Shown: positions 38,280-48,012 of the stretch, piece after piece | How the letters are laid out: each line of letters opens with the position of its first letter | How positions within the stretch are numbered: position 1 is the stretch's first letter | IMG/VR virus record: IMGVR_UViG_3300028364_000013 | DNA from: a virus | Taxonomy: Duplodnaviria > Caudoviricetes | Strand: one strand, 5' to 3' | Length of the DNA stretch: 64,000 nt | Notes under the pieces: generated by a model | Databases searched by the model: none | Told to the model about the DNA's origin: nothing | Seen by the model: the letters and a program-made list of their open reading frames with translations, nothing else | Program-made: the position numbers and the translations under genes

Positions 38280-38627
38280 TTATTTCTTAAAAGAGCTTGC
38301 TACAGCAAAGAAGTATTCTTCTTTTTCTCTTTCAATATCTTCCAGTTCATCAAAACTACAAAGTCTTGGATTGGTTTTGTTTCTGGTAGAATAATCAGGC
38401 CCATATTCCCAACCATCTTTTCTCTTTCCAATTACAAAATTGTAGTGAGCTTCTTGTGGGCTTCTTACAATTCCTTTTACGATTTTCTCTACTGAGTCAG
38501 CAACAATTGCATGATGCTCTGGAGACTTATCTTCCCAAGGAATTACTTGCATTCCATTGTTTTTGCAAAGTACGTTATGCACCTCGTGGCACGTCTTTGC
38601 AATTTGTAACTTTTTCTTGTTTTTCAT
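38280..38627 (-). CDS. RyR-repeat domain protein
   Basis: AHYNFVIGKRKDGWEYGPDYSTRNKTNPRLCSFDELEDIEREKE matches the RyR (Ryanodine receptor repeat) pattern. Confidence 0.75.
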   Translation of the reverse strand: MKNKKKLQIAKTCHEVHNVLCKNNGMQVIPWEDKSPEHHAIVADSVEKIVKGIVRSPQEAHYNFVIGKRKDGWEYGPDYSTRNKTNPRLCSFDELEDIEREKEEYFFAVASSFKK

Positions 38628-38686
38628 ATTCTTTTTTTATGATTTTTAATACACAAATATACGACAAATTTGTCAAAAATTCAATA

Positions 38687-39007
38687 CTATTTTTTCTCTT
38701 TTTTCTGACAATATCTGTTGAAGCTTCCAAAGTCTTCGCTGATGATTTCGCACATCTTTACCTTGCTGATGTTATCAGTTTTCACACCTATGGAGTGAAG
38801 GAATTCTTTTATGACTTCAGTTCGTTCGCCTTTTGTCTTGAATCCTTTTTTAACCAAGTAGTTATTAACTCCGTTGCTTGGGTTTGACATCCCATTTCTT
38901 GAACTGTTACCCTCCATTGTTCTTGGATAACCGACTCCTGGTCCAATATATTCTCCTGTCTGTTCGTCAAGGATTCCATCAAGAATCATGTCTGCTATAT
39001 CTCCCAT
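38687..39007 (-). CDS. Hypothetical protein
   Basis: MGDIADMILDG...; host-type promoter immediately downstream. Confidence 0.75.
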   Translation of the reverse strand: MGDIADMILDGILDEQTGEYIGPGVGYPRTMEGNSSRNGMSNPSNGVNNYLVKKGFKTKGERTEVIKEFLHSIGVKTDNISKVKMCEIISEDFGSFNRYCQKKEKK

Positions 39008-39307
39008 CTTGTAAATTTTATTGTTGTAACTTCATCTTCAAATGTTATTTCTGGATAGAATCTCTTCATCTGCTCCCACATGTCGTGATGGTCTTTTAAA
39101 TCCATCGTTCTGAAGGTCTCCTATGTATACGTTTGCCAACCTGCAGTAATGCACATTGATTACGTTTACAATCTCTTGTCTATTTTCTTCAACGCTCTCC
39201 AGCTTCAAGTCGCCCAACTGAATGTCTCTTCGACCTTTTCTTATGGTTGTTTGCTTCCCAGTTTCAAGGGCATCAAATATGTCTTCTGCTAATTTTAAAG
39301 TCTGCAT
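38995..39307 (-). pseudogene. ASCH/PUA-like domain protein with apparent frameshift
   Basis: GKQTTIRKG...DGFK; removing one base at 39094-39097 gives DHHDMWEQMKRFYPEITFEDEVTTIKF, the expected ASCH C-terminus. Confidence 0.7.
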
Positions 39308-39317
39308 TGTAATTATT

Positions 39318-39554
39318 TTAAATACCTAAAGTTGCAATATTTAGGAGAATTTCTATAATTGCCAGAGGAAACATCATCATAGCCAAGACCATGAGAAATG
39401 GTGTTGTAATTTCAAGTGTCTTTTTCCTACCATCCTGGCAAGACTTGCATACACCATCTTGCCAATACATAGTTGATGACTCGTTTCCACAAGATTGGCA
39501 CACATCTTTATCTGGACCTCCAAATGAATTTCCGAAATGTTTTAATTCGTTCAT
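39318..39554 (-). CDS. Small Zn-finger membrane protein
   Basis: CQSC...CKSC plus C-terminal TM. Confidence 0.7.
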   Translation of the reverse strand: MNELKHFGNSFGGPDKDVCQSCGNESSTMYWQDGVCKSCQDGRKKTLEITTPFLMVLAMMMFPLAIIEILLNIATLGI

Positions 39555-39865
39555 TATTTTGAAGTGTCTATTAATTCAGCTCCTTCTGGAAGTCTAAACT
39601 TAACGTGACTAAATCCAGAAAATCCATTAAGGTCTTTCTTTACAAAGTGAGTCCACCAGCAAATAAAAGAAGCTACATCTTGGCTGTATTGGTCAAGAGA
39701 AAATTTATTTGCATTACCATAAGGGATGACCTCAATGCCACTTGATAGGTCAATGCAAGATTTGAAGGTGAAAGCATTGCAACCATGCTCAAGGGGTTTC
39801 TTTCTATCCTCTGGAGTTAGCATGCCTTCTTTATTTATAATGTTTATTTTATTGATGTTCATCAT
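39554..39865 (-). CDS. Hypothetical protein
   Basis: After class B promoter 39874. Confidence 0.7.
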   Translation of the reverse strand: MMNINKINIINKEGMLTPEDRKKPLEHGCNAFTFKSCIDLSSGIEVIPYGNANKFSLDQYSQDVASFICWWTHFVKKDLNGFSGFSHVKFRLPEGAELIDTSK

Positions 39866-39903
39866 AGCTTTTGTTATACGTTATAAATTTAAAAATGTTC
39901 TAT

Positions 39904-40185
39904 TTACCAATCGAGCATATCTTTAATTTGCCGCTGCCTCTCCTCTCGTTTTGGATGTTTATATGCAATCTCTTTGCATTTTGGACATTTCATATCCCAA
40001 GTAGAAGAATCAATATCTCTCATGTAAACAAACTCTTCATTACCACAATGTTCACAACTTAAATCATCTGGATATGTAATCACACCTCCAAAAGAAATGT
40101 TTGGACATCCAGTTGTAGAGCTTTCTCTTTTAATTGAAGCGGGAAAAATTATTGCGACTATTATGAGTATGAAAAGTATTTCCAT
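39904..40185 (-). CDS. Hypothetical Zn-ribbon protein
   Basis: CEHC...CPKC. Confidence 0.7.
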   Translation of the reverse strand: MEILFILIIVAIIFPASIKRESSTTGCPNISFGGVITYPDDLSCEHCGNEEFVYMRDIDSSTWDMKCPKCKEIAYKHPKREERQRQIKDMLDW

Positions 40186-40196
40186 TTACTGTTCTT

Positions 40197-40547
40197 TTAT
40201 TTTTTATTGTTTCTTTCTTCTCGGTCAATTTCAGCTTGCTCTTCATAGGCTTGCTCCATTTCCCAAGCATCTGTGTAACAAATATACCAAGAAGGCTCGA
40301 ATCCTTTAGGGATAGCTTCTTCCCCACATTCGTTTGCCATCATTGTCAAGAATCCAGCACAAGTCTGAGACTCTTGTCCAGCATAAGTATCTCCTTCATC
40401 ATCATGTTCAAGAGTCTTGTGGCAAGTAAATTCATTGTATGGGTTTTGAGTTAACCTGGCAAGTTCTGCACCACGCTCTGGGTGTAGAAATGGTTTAATA
40501 TCACTTCTGTATGGACAATGCTTGCAGGGTTTTTTACAGTAACTCAT
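40197..40547 (-). CDS. Cys-rich hypothetical protein
   Basis: CKKPCKHCPYR...FTCHKT...CAG. Confidence 0.75.
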   Translation of the reverse strand: MSYCKKPCKHCPYRSDIKPFLHPERGAELARLTQNPYNEFTCHKTLEHDDEGDTYAGQESQTCAGFLTMMANECGEEAIPKGFEPSWYICYTDAWEMEQAYEEQAEIDREERNNKK

Positions 40548-40738
40548 TATTCTCCTCTTAATAGTTTGAAATTAGTTGGTTCAACTCCAATAACTTTTTG
40601 AAGTGTATGAAGCTCTGACTCCATTGAAGTTTGAATCAATGCTAGAGGAGCATTTGAAAATACAACAGCGGTTTTTCCAGACATTCTTGAGTCTGCTAAA
40701 ATCTCATCAATTCTTTTTTGGATTTCTTTTTCGTTCAT
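40547..40738 (-). CDS. Hypothetical protein
   Basis: Start after class B promoter 40762. Confidence 0.7.
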   Translation of the reverse strand: MNEKEIQKRIDEILADSRMSGKTAVVFSNAPLALIQTSMESELHTLQKVIGVEPTNFKLLRGE

Positions 40739-40791
40739 AACTAAAGTATTGGTTCGATTAGTTATACGCAAAAAGATTAGAAATGTTTCAA

Positions 40792-41538
40792 TTACCACTC
40801 ACTATAACCAGACATTCTTTTATACACAACGCAATCATCGAAAACCCAAAAACCTATAGGTTCGTTGTATTGGTCTTCATCATCGTATATAATTGACTTA
40901 TCATCTCCATGATGAGTGATTTGGTAAAAAATCATTTCTCTACCATGCTCATCAGATTCTAGTTTTGTATAGTGCCAATTGTTTTTATTTATTTTTGAAG
41001 AAAGGGAGTCAGCCATATAAATGGTTTCTATACCAGTTATCTCTCTAAGGTGGTTTGCTATCTTTTCATTTGATTCACCCCAATGCTTACCTATGTGTTC
41101 ATTATCAAACAAACAAACTGGATGGGTGAACTCATTTTTATGTTCTCTCTCAGCACGTTCCATGAACTTTTGCATCATGTCACCATTACATATAAAGAAA
41201 AGTCTTTCAAATGGGACAGAGCACTTCATAGGCTCTATTGTTGAATCTGGTTCTATTATATAGATATTCTCATCTTCACTCTCAAGAGATTGTTCTAATT
41301 CTTTTTTCTTAAATCTTCTGGAAATCTTTTTGAAGAGTTCATACTCGGCTGGTTTTGTTCTGTAATAAGAAAATCTTTGAACATCACTAACAAACTGCGA
41401 AGGGGTTTCTCTATTGATTCTCCTTAAGGTGTTGTATTTGTATTTATCTTTATTCCAACCAATGAATTCTGACTTAATTAAGATATGTTTACCGACTATA
41501 TTCATAACATCTCTTGATGTGAATTTATCTTCGTTCAT
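40792..41538 (-). CDS. Hypothetical protein
   Basis: 248 aa. Confidence 0.8.
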   Translation of the reverse strand: MNEDKFTSRDVMNIVGKHILIKSEFIGWNKDKYKYNTLRRINRETPSQFVSDVQRFSYYRTKPAEYELFKKISRRFKKKELEQSLESEDENIYIIEPDSTIEPMKCSVPFERLFFICNGDMMQKFMERAEREHKNEFTHPVCLFDNEHIGKHWGESNEKIANHLREITGIETIYMADSLSSKINKNNWHYTKLESDEHGREMIFYQITHHGDDKSIIYDDEDQYNEPIGFWVFDDCVVYKRMSGYSEW

Positions 41539-42280
41539 CTTCTAATATTTTGTTACAAATACTTTCGATTACCTCAACATCTATTTCAGTCACACCAACT
41601 ATGTTGGAATTATTATCCCTTTTAATCTGAGTGTGTATTTGCAGTATAGCATGCTTCATCTCCTTATTTATCCTAATGAGTTCAAAGACCGCTTTAGCTG
41701 TTCCAGTGCTTGAGAACTGGAATTCTTTCTCCAGGTGCTCAATGAATTGAGTTATTGTAAATTTATTCCAATCTACAACTGGAGCTGGTTCATGGTAAAT
41801 TACCACTTCCATTTCTCCTATGTCATTTTTCTTTAGCTTCGGTATTTCTTTGAAGTACCCTCTATTAGAATGCATTGATGGGTGTGGTTCTACATAAATG
41901 CTATCCATCTCAATATCAACATAACCAACATCTGCATTCTCATAACAATAGTATCGAACAAATTTCTCTGGAATTGCTGGAATTCCTATCTTAATTAACT
42001 CTGGACATGTTGTTGCCACTACTACCTTTTGCTTATGCGCATATTGAGCGCCTCCAGAAGAGCGTGGTTTATTTAAGAAGTCATCTATATACCACTCATC
42101 AACTCCTTCCTTAACCTCTCTATCTTCAACAAAGCATAGATTTTGTCGCACATCACCCATATCTGGCATTGCACTATAGTACTGGTAAAAGTGAGTTACC
42201 TCATCTGTTGTTCTAAATACCAGAGGACCGAATCCTCCAGTATTAATACTCATTGGTATGAGTGATTTTATGTTTGTCAT
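41525..42280 (-). CDS. Hypothetical protein
   Basis: Start reassigned to MTNIKSL. Confidence 0.75.
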   Translation of the reverse strand: MTNIKSLIPMSINTGGFGPLVFRTTDEVTHFYQYYSAMPDMGDVRQNLCFVEDREVKEGVDEWYIDDFLNKPRSSGGAQYAHKQKVVVATTCPELIKIGIPAIPEKFVRYYCYENADVGYVDIEMDSIYVEPHPSMHSNRGYFKEIPKLKKNDIGEMEVVIYHEPAPVVDWNKFTITQFIEHLEKEFQFSSTGTAKAVFELIRINKEMKHAILQIHTQIKRDNNSNIVGVTEIDVEVIESICNKILEDERR

Positions 42281-42435
42281 TTGTATACGAAATATAGTGT
42301 TACTCCAATTGCAATTGCTACAATTACAATGGCAAGGAATATACATCCTCCTTTACTTTTGCTATCAGCTGCGGCTCCAAGTAAGTCTGCGCCAGTTTCG
42401 ATAACTACTTCAACAATTTCTTCCATTTCTATATA

Positions 42436-42978
42436 TTAATCTGGCTTTGCGCCAAGTGCTTTTATTGCTTCTTCGTACTTACCTTCTGCAGCAAGACCAT
42501 ACTTGGCTGGAGTATTTACGTAATGTGGTCCTTGTTGAATGAAGAAGTCCCAATCATCATCAATGATGCAGTAACCTTCAATCTCACAATTATCTCTACC
42601 TTCTTGATTGTATGGCGCTGTCCAGTAGCTTGTTGGGTAGTACCAACCTTTGCTGCGAAGCCACTTGTTAACATCAACTCCACGAACTCTTTCGCTATCA
42701 TATCCTGTGATGTCGAATATTTCTCCTGGAAGCTCTCTGCCTTTCCAAAATTTCTTAAACCACTCAAGCCCTTCAGCTCTCCATGTAGATGAGACTACAA
42801 TCTTTGCTCCAGTAGCTTCAATGATTCTTCTTAACACTTCCACTGCCTCTGGACAAAACTGCTCCTTGTCATCCTTGCTATTTCTCATAAGCTTTGGATT
42901 CTCCCAGTTGTTGCTCCAAAACTTAAGACCATGTTCAGTGTTTAGAACACCATCTATATCAAGGAAGATTATATACAT
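42436..42978 (-). CDS. HAD-superfamily phosphatase (HAD_SAK_2, RNA-repair-associated type)
   Basis: IIFLDIDGVLN...IVVSSTWR...YCIIDD. Confidence 0.8.
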   Translation of the reverse strand: MYIIFLDIDGVLNTEHGLKFWSNNWENPKLMRNSKDDKEQFCPEAVEVLRRIIEATGAKIVVSSTWRAEGLEWFKKFWKGRELPGEIFDITGYDSERVRGVDVNKWLRSKGWYYPTSYWTAPYNQEGRDNCEIEGYCIIDDDWDFFIQQGPHYVNTPAKYGLAAEGKYEEAIKALGAKPD

Positions 42979-43259
42979 TAATATCTTTTTTCTATTTCGA
43001 TTGACATTAGCTTAATCCAAGTTTTTCTAACCTCAGTCTGCTCTTTCTTTTTAAGAAATTCTACTGTATTGATTAAGTGGATTCCAGACATCTTAGATAA
43101 TAATATATCTCCATCAAATTGAGTAGGCCACTTTAGTGAACCCATCATATAAGATTTATCCATATTCTCAACAGCCTCTCTCTCGAAATGTCTGTGAGCT
43201 TCCATTTCAACCTCTTGCTCCATAGCAAGGTCCATATAGTAGTCTGCCATGTCACCCAT
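42978..43259 (-). CDS. Hypothetical protein
   Basis: Coupled ORF. Confidence 0.75.
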   Translation of the reverse strand: MGDMADYYMDLAMEQEVEMEAHRHFEREAVENMDKSYMMGSLKWPTQFDGDILLSKMSGIHLINTVEFLKKKEQTEVRKTWIKLMSIEIEKRY

Positions 43260-43612
43260 TATACTAAGCTTCTTTTATTTTTGGCAAGAGCTGAGATTAA
43301 TTGAACTGCTTTAATTTCGGATAATTCACGCTCAAAAGCTTTATCATCAGCAATCTCAGCTGCTTCAAGTTCAGCAAATTCTCTTTCAATTGAAGTCATA
43401 CCAGACTTCAACTTTTCTGCAATTGCTAAATTAACTTTCTTTTTAGACTTTTTGTTATCAAGCTTTAACTTGCTAACTCCAGTCTTGTCTGCAACTTTTT
43501 TGATTACATCACCTGGCGCTCTGTGAGCAAAGTTCATTACTTTGTCAACTCCTTGTACAAACTTTGTATTAAATACAGCTGTAGCTACTTTTCTAATTCC
43601 TAATCGTTTCAT
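43259..43612 (-). CDS. Hypothetical basic protein
   Basis: Coupled ORF. Confidence 0.75.
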   Translation of the reverse strand: MKRLGIRKVATAVFNTKFVQGVDKVMNFAHRAPGDVIKKVADKTGVSKLKLDNKKSKKKVNLAIAEKLKSGMTSIEREFAELEAAEIADDKAFERELSEIKAVQLISALAKNKRSLV

Positions 43613-43624
43613 ATTATGTTGTTT

Positions 43625-43969
43625 TTAAATAAATTCAATTGCATTTTTACTAACCCACCTCATTATGTCATCATCAGACATTTTTTCAGAATAACCAGGA
43701 TATTTGTCTGTAACATTATAAGCTTCGTATTCTTTAATCCAAGCTCCAGATTCATTATATATATCTCCAAAATCAATCGTCTGTTCAACTCTAATTACAA
43801 ACTGCTTTGTAAATAAAAACAAAGTTCTATCAGATTCAGGACCATACATGGAGTCATCAATTAAGAATAAATCATTCTCATTAAAAATATCTTCCATTGA
43901 CGAATCAATGCCTATTCCATTTTCATATAGTCCATTGACTAATTTATATAAGTCTCTTCCTGGCAGCAT
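43625..43969 (-). CDS. Hypothetical protein
   Basis: ORF track. Confidence 0.75.
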   Translation of the reverse strand: MLPGRDLYKLVNGLYENGIGIDSSMEDIFNENDLFLIDDSMYGPESDRTLFLFTKQFVIRVEQTIDFGDIYNESGAWIKEYEAYNVTDKYPGYSEKMSDDDIMRWVSKNAIEFI

Positions 43970-44203
43970 TTACTTATCGTATTTAGATATGTTCTCTTGA
44001 ACGATTACAATATCAGAAGACTCGATTTCATAACGAACTTCCCACATATCATCTGGTGTAACATTTGGAGTCTTTCCATATGTTTCTTTGCAACACCCCT
44101 TAAGAGTGCTCCAAGAAGATGAAACAGCTTTAATTTTTCTTGTGTCTGGTAAACCGTCTCCTCCTGGGTTCGGGTCTATTTCTACTAGTTGTAATTGTGT
44201 CAT
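43970..44203 (-). CDS. Hypothetical protein
   Basis: After class B promoter 44210. Confidence 0.75.
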   Translation of the reverse strand: MTQLQLVEIDPNPGGDGLPDTRKIKAVSSSWSTLKGCCKETYGKTPNVTPDDMWEVRYEIESSDIVIVQENISKYDK

Positions 44204-44224
44204 ATCTTTTTATACGTAATTAAT

Positions 44225-44572
44225 TTAATTTTGTTTCATTTTTATAGGACTTCCATTTTTATCACACTCTAAAATAAAAGGACCAAGTGTTCCATTTGCA
44301 TATTGATGTTTATCACAATAAGTGCATTTATATTCCCAAATACCAGGAACAACACCTTCAGCCCCAGACTCTTTGTTTATATATGAATCAGAATGACTAA
44401 GCTCATTTCCGCAGTCACAGAAATACAAAGACCTCCAAGGCCCATCAACATTTTCAATCCTGTCTCCAATTTTAAACCCTGAATCTTTAATCCAAGTTCC
44501 ATTTATCTTGTAGTATAAATTATTTGAAAAAATTTCTCTATACCACTTATGTTGCCTAAGGTAATTTAACAT
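44225..44572 (-). CDS. Hypothetical Cys-containing protein
   Basis: CDCG...CTYC. Confidence 0.7.
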   Translation of the reverse strand: MLNYLRQHKWYREIFSNNLYYKINGTWIKDSGFKIGDRIENVDGPWRSLYFCDCGNELSHSDSYINKESGAEGVVPGIWEYKCTYCDKHQYANGTLGPFILECDKNGSPIKMKQN

Positions 44573-45405
44573 TATACTTCTTCTTTTGGAAATTCTGAAT
44601 TCATTTTAAATCTATCCCAATCTTTGATGTCTTCGCAAATGATATTTTGAATCTCTGGGTATTGCTTAAATAGATTTGTGCCTCTTGATAACATTCTAAT
44701 AGATTCCTTCTTAATAATGGCTTGTTGGTATCTACTCCAATCCATTTCACCTTCATAGATTTGCTTACCACATTCATCAATAGGTTTTCCAGAGTACCAT
44801 CCACCATCAACGCCTTCTCTAATTTTAATAACACCACGACACCAAGTCATTGTGTATTCTTTTCCGTTGGGAAGAAGATAAGTACCATCTCTATAGTTTG
44901 GCTCTTTGTCGATTCCTTTTGCAGAAGTTCCAACACAACTCATACTTTGAAGGTCTGGTTGGTAGTCGTAAAGAATCTCATTAAGTAAAATGTCAACCAC
45001 CTCTTGGTCTGTGAGTTCTCTTAGCTCATAATCATAAGCTTGGTAGTGGTCACTGTTCATAACTGTACCAGCATATAAGCAGTCTTCCCAGAATTTGAAA
45101 CTTTCTATTGACGAGCGTACATTATTTGTGTAGTGCATGTGTCCATAAAGTCTGTCTTTATTTCCATTTTTATCTTGACTTCTATAGTAGTCTTCAATAA
45201 TATCAAAAACTATATTTTTACCTTTCAGTACACCAAAGCCAATAAGTTCATCAGATGTGTATTCTTCTTCGTTTCCTTCAACATCCTTTACTGTACATTT
45301 ACTTTCGTAATTACCAGGATTAGAAACTTTAACTAATACATCTTTTTTAATATTTCCTTTTGCGACTCTCGTCTTGAACTCTGTTCCGTAATTTAAACTT
45401 ATCAT
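44572..45405 (-). CDS. Hypothetical protein
   Basis: 277 aa. Confidence 0.8.
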   Translation of the reverse strand: MISLNYGTEFKTRVAKGNIKKDVLVKVSNPGNYESKCTVKDVEGNEEEYTSDELIGFGVLKGKNIVFDIIEDYYRSQDKNGNKDRLYGHMHYTNNVRSSIESFKFWEDCLYAGTVMNSDHYQAYDYELRELTDQEVVDILLNEILYDYQPDLQSMSCVGTSAKGIDKEPNYRDGTYLLPNGKEYTMTWCRGVIKIREGVDGGWYSGKPIDECGKQIYEGEMDWSRYQQAIIKKESIRMLSRGTNLFKQYPEIQNIICEDIKDWDRFKMNSEFPKEEV

Positions 45406-45408
45406 ATA

Positions 45409-45618
45409 TTAAGTGTTTGATACTATTTTGAAATTATTCTCGACAAAAGTATTACATTCGCTCTCATCTTTACTGTTGTAGTGGATTACACCACCTTTCC
45501 AGTTATATGGCTCAGCATATATACCAGCAAATGCATTTCTATTCAAATGCTTTATATCTCGAACTAGACGTTCTATGGTATAAAGCTTTTTATTCTCTAT
45601 GTTTCTGTAGATATTCAT
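45409..45618 (-). CDS. Hypothetical protein
   Basis: In frame directly after the def stop codon. Confidence 0.7.
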   Translation of the reverse strand: MNIYRNIENKKLYTIERLVRDIKHLNRNAFAGIYAEPYNWKGGVIHYNSKDESECNTFVENNFKIVSNT

Positions 45619-46194
45619 CTATTTCCACTGATTATAATCGTCAATACAACATTTCTTAAGTTTCTTATCACTACCACAAGGACACTTGTCATTTCTGCTA
45701 AGGTCTGTTATATATGGTAATTCAGATACAAGCTTTATAACTTCTTCGACACCATTGATGTGATTAAGTTCATGCTGCCAAACTTGTGCTTGAAAGCCTG
45801 TGTGAGTTTCTTTGTGAAGTTCTCCGTCTGGAGTATAGAATTCTACATCTACGTGATAATATCTATCAGCAACCACAGTCATCCCTGGAACACCTTTCCA
45901 AGTTAAGCACCCTTCAAACTTCACAAGCTTGATTCCGTAGTACTTTGTAATCTTTGGGTCAATAGCTATAACTGTATCATTTGTGCCAGATGTTTTAACA
46001 GCAACCATTCTTAGATTAAATCTTTCACCATCTAGGCTGCATTGATTAGCTGCAAGTCCAACACCATCTCTTCTTGAGATAGCATACTCCTTGAAGGTTT
46101 CAATTTCTTCCTTGTGCTCTTCTATAAATTTAGAAACATCCTTAATCTCTGGTGTGATTGGTGTTTGCTCGTCAATTATTACATCAAATTCCAT
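45619..46194 (-). CDS. def: Peptide deformylase with C-terminal SEC-C motif
   Basis: GVGLAANQ, EGCLT, QHELNH motifs; RNDKCPCGSDKKLKKCC. Confidence 0.9.
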   Translation of the reverse strand: MEFDVIIDEQTPITPEIKDVSKFIEEHKEEIETFKEYAISRRDGVGLAANQCSLDGERFNLRMVAVKTSGTNDTVIAIDPKITKYYGIKLVKFEGCLTWKGVPGMTVVADRYYHVDVEFYTPDGELHKETHTGFQAQVWQHELNHINGVEEVIKLVSELPYITDLSRNDKCPCGSDKKLKKCCIDDYNQWK

Positions 46195-46229
46195 AACTCT
46201 TTATACGATATAAATAGAGAAATGTTCTA

Positions 46230-46541
46230 TTAATCTACATAATAATCAACACAAGCTTTTCTTGCCTTGACAACACACTCTTGATATTCTTCTTCAGTGA
46301 TACCATAGTTATCAGCTCCACCATCATTCAATAGGTCGTGAAGCCCCATCATAGGAATCTCTCTATCAGATAATTCGTACACGTTTCTTACATGCCCATG
46401 GAAATGTCCATCAAATTCTTTATACTCTTCAAGAGCTTTGTCGATGTCTCCACCATGCTTCTGTACAAGCAACTTGCAAACTGAGTTTACGAAATCACTT
46501 CTTTCATCCAAGCTATCTCCTGGTGCGTCAAAATTAAACAT
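46230..46541 (-). CDS. Hypothetical protein
   Basis: ORF track. Confidence 0.75.
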   Translation of the reverse strand: MFNFDAPGDSLDERSDFVNSVCKLLVQKHGGDIDKALEEYKEFDGHFHGHVRNVYELSDREIPMMGLHDLLNDGGADNYGITEEEYQECVVKARKACVDYYVD

Positions 46542-46542
46542 A

Positions 46543-46962
46543 TTATTTTCGTCTTACGTTTCCACTGATTGTGTTAACATCACCTTCGACATCTCCACAT
46601 TTTACATTTCCAGATGAAGTCTGAATGCTTCCGCTTACATCTCCTTCAACCTCTACATCTCCAGAAGAACATTGAATTCCTGCAAGAACGTTACCAGCAA
46701 CCTCTACATCTCCAGAAGAAGTTGATAGGTCTGTAACATCTCCAGACACAGTTATTGTATTGCAACCAGGTGCTTTAAGTTTTTCTACATTTCCTTCTAT
46801 TGAAATATTAATTTCCTTTGCATCTCCAGTATCTTGTTTCTTACCATTGATGAATACCTCACCGTTTATGATAGAGACAGAACCCACTCCGCTGGTGGTA
46901 ATTGTCTTACCATTTATAGTTACTTTATTCATTCCGATATTTTTAAAAAGTTTTTTAAACAT
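46543..46962 (-). CDS. Beta-helix repeat protein (bactofilin/DUF4097-like)
   Basis: Repeated SSGDVEVxGxV units; start likely at MNKVTING. Confidence 0.7.
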   Translation of the reverse strand: MFKKLFKNIGMNKVTINGKTITTSGVGSVSIINGEVFINGKKQDTGDAKEINISIEGNVEKLKAPGCNTITVSGDVTDLSTSSGDVEVAGNVLAGIQCSSGDVEVEGDVSGSIQTSSGNVKCGDVEGDVNTISGNVRRK

Positions 46963-47031
46963 AATTCAATTAATTATACGAAAATTATCCCTTTTTGTTT
47001 CATATTTATTAATAAACCTAATATAATTAAC

Positions 47032-48012
47032 ATGAAAAAAGGAGATAAAGGCGCAAAAGTAAAAGAGTTACAAGCGTTACTAAAAGGAAAAGGCTTCTAC
47101 AGCGGAGCTATTGATGGGGACTTCGGACCAAACACTGATAAGTGGGTTAAGAAATTTCAAGCAAGCAAAGGGCTTGTGGCTGATGGTATTGTAGGAAAGA
47201 GAACTTACAGACACCTTCTTGAAGGAGTTGACACAGACAGAACTGGATTTGATGAGAATGCAACTGACACAGACAACAAAGTCGAAATGCTTGGTTCTTA
47301 TGAGACTAAGGAAGGCCTTGTGATTGACAAAGCATACCTTGATACTGATGAGTACGTTAGAGACTATGGAAAAGTAGAGCCAGTTAACCTAATGATTCAC
47401 CACACAGCTGGATGGAACAACCCATATAGCACAGTTAAGAGTTGGAACAAAGATAAAAGAGGTCGTGTTGCAACTCAATATGTAATAGGTGGAACATCAA
47501 TCAAAAAAGGAAAATACGGAGATGACAAGTACAATGGTGTTGTTGTTGAATGTTTTCCAGATAATTATCTTGGATGGCATACAGGTAAAGTAGGTAACTT
47601 TAAAAAGGTATCTAAACTTTCTGCAGGTATTGAAATATGTAATTTCGGTTATGCTGAAAAAAAAGGAGACAAGTATTACAACTATGTAAACGTTGAGGTT
47701 CCTGCAGAGATGGTTTGTGACTTAGGTTATGAATTCAGAGGTCACCAGTACTGGCACAAGTACACTGATGAGCAAATTGAATCACTTAGACTTCTTATCC
47801 TGCACGTCAAAGATATTTATCCAAAGATTAACCTTGAGAACGGTCTTCCAAGATTACTTAAAGAAGGTGTACATCCAAAGGATGCATTTGAGTACAATGA
47901 AAATTGTAACTATGGTCGTGAGCTTGGTGTATGGACACACACAAACATTAGAAAAGACAAATTTGATTGTGCGCCCCAGCCCAAGCTCATAGAAATGCTT
48001 AAATCTTTATAA
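47032..48012 (+). CDS. Endolysin-like N-acetylmuramoyl-L-alanine amidase with N-terminal peptidoglycan-binding domain
   Basis: VKELQALL...IDGDFGPNT...FQ...GLVADGIVG (PG_binding_1); IHHTAG...GIEIC...HT (Amidase_2). Confidence 0.88.
   Translation: MKKGDKGAKVKELQALLKGKGFYSGAIDGDFGPNTDKWVKKFQASKGLVADGIVGKRTYRHLLEGVDTDRTGFDENATDTDNKVEMLGSYETKEGLVIDKAYLDTDEYVRDYGKVEPVNLMIHHTAGWNNPYSTVKSWNKDKRGRVATQYVIGGTSIKKGKYGDDKYNGVVVECFPDNYLGWHTGKVGNFKKVSKLSAGIEICNFGYAEKKGDKYYNYVNVEVPAEMVCDLGYEFRGHQYWHKYTDEQIESLRLLILHVKDIYPKINLENGLPRLLKEGVHPKDAFEYNENCNYGRELGVWTHTNIRKDKFDCAPQPKLIEMLKSL

Noticed and set aside
35982-38627. Eukaryotic contamination (PARP, RyR domains)
   Set aside because: Both are intronless, in operons under phage class B or host-type promoters, with surrounding composition.
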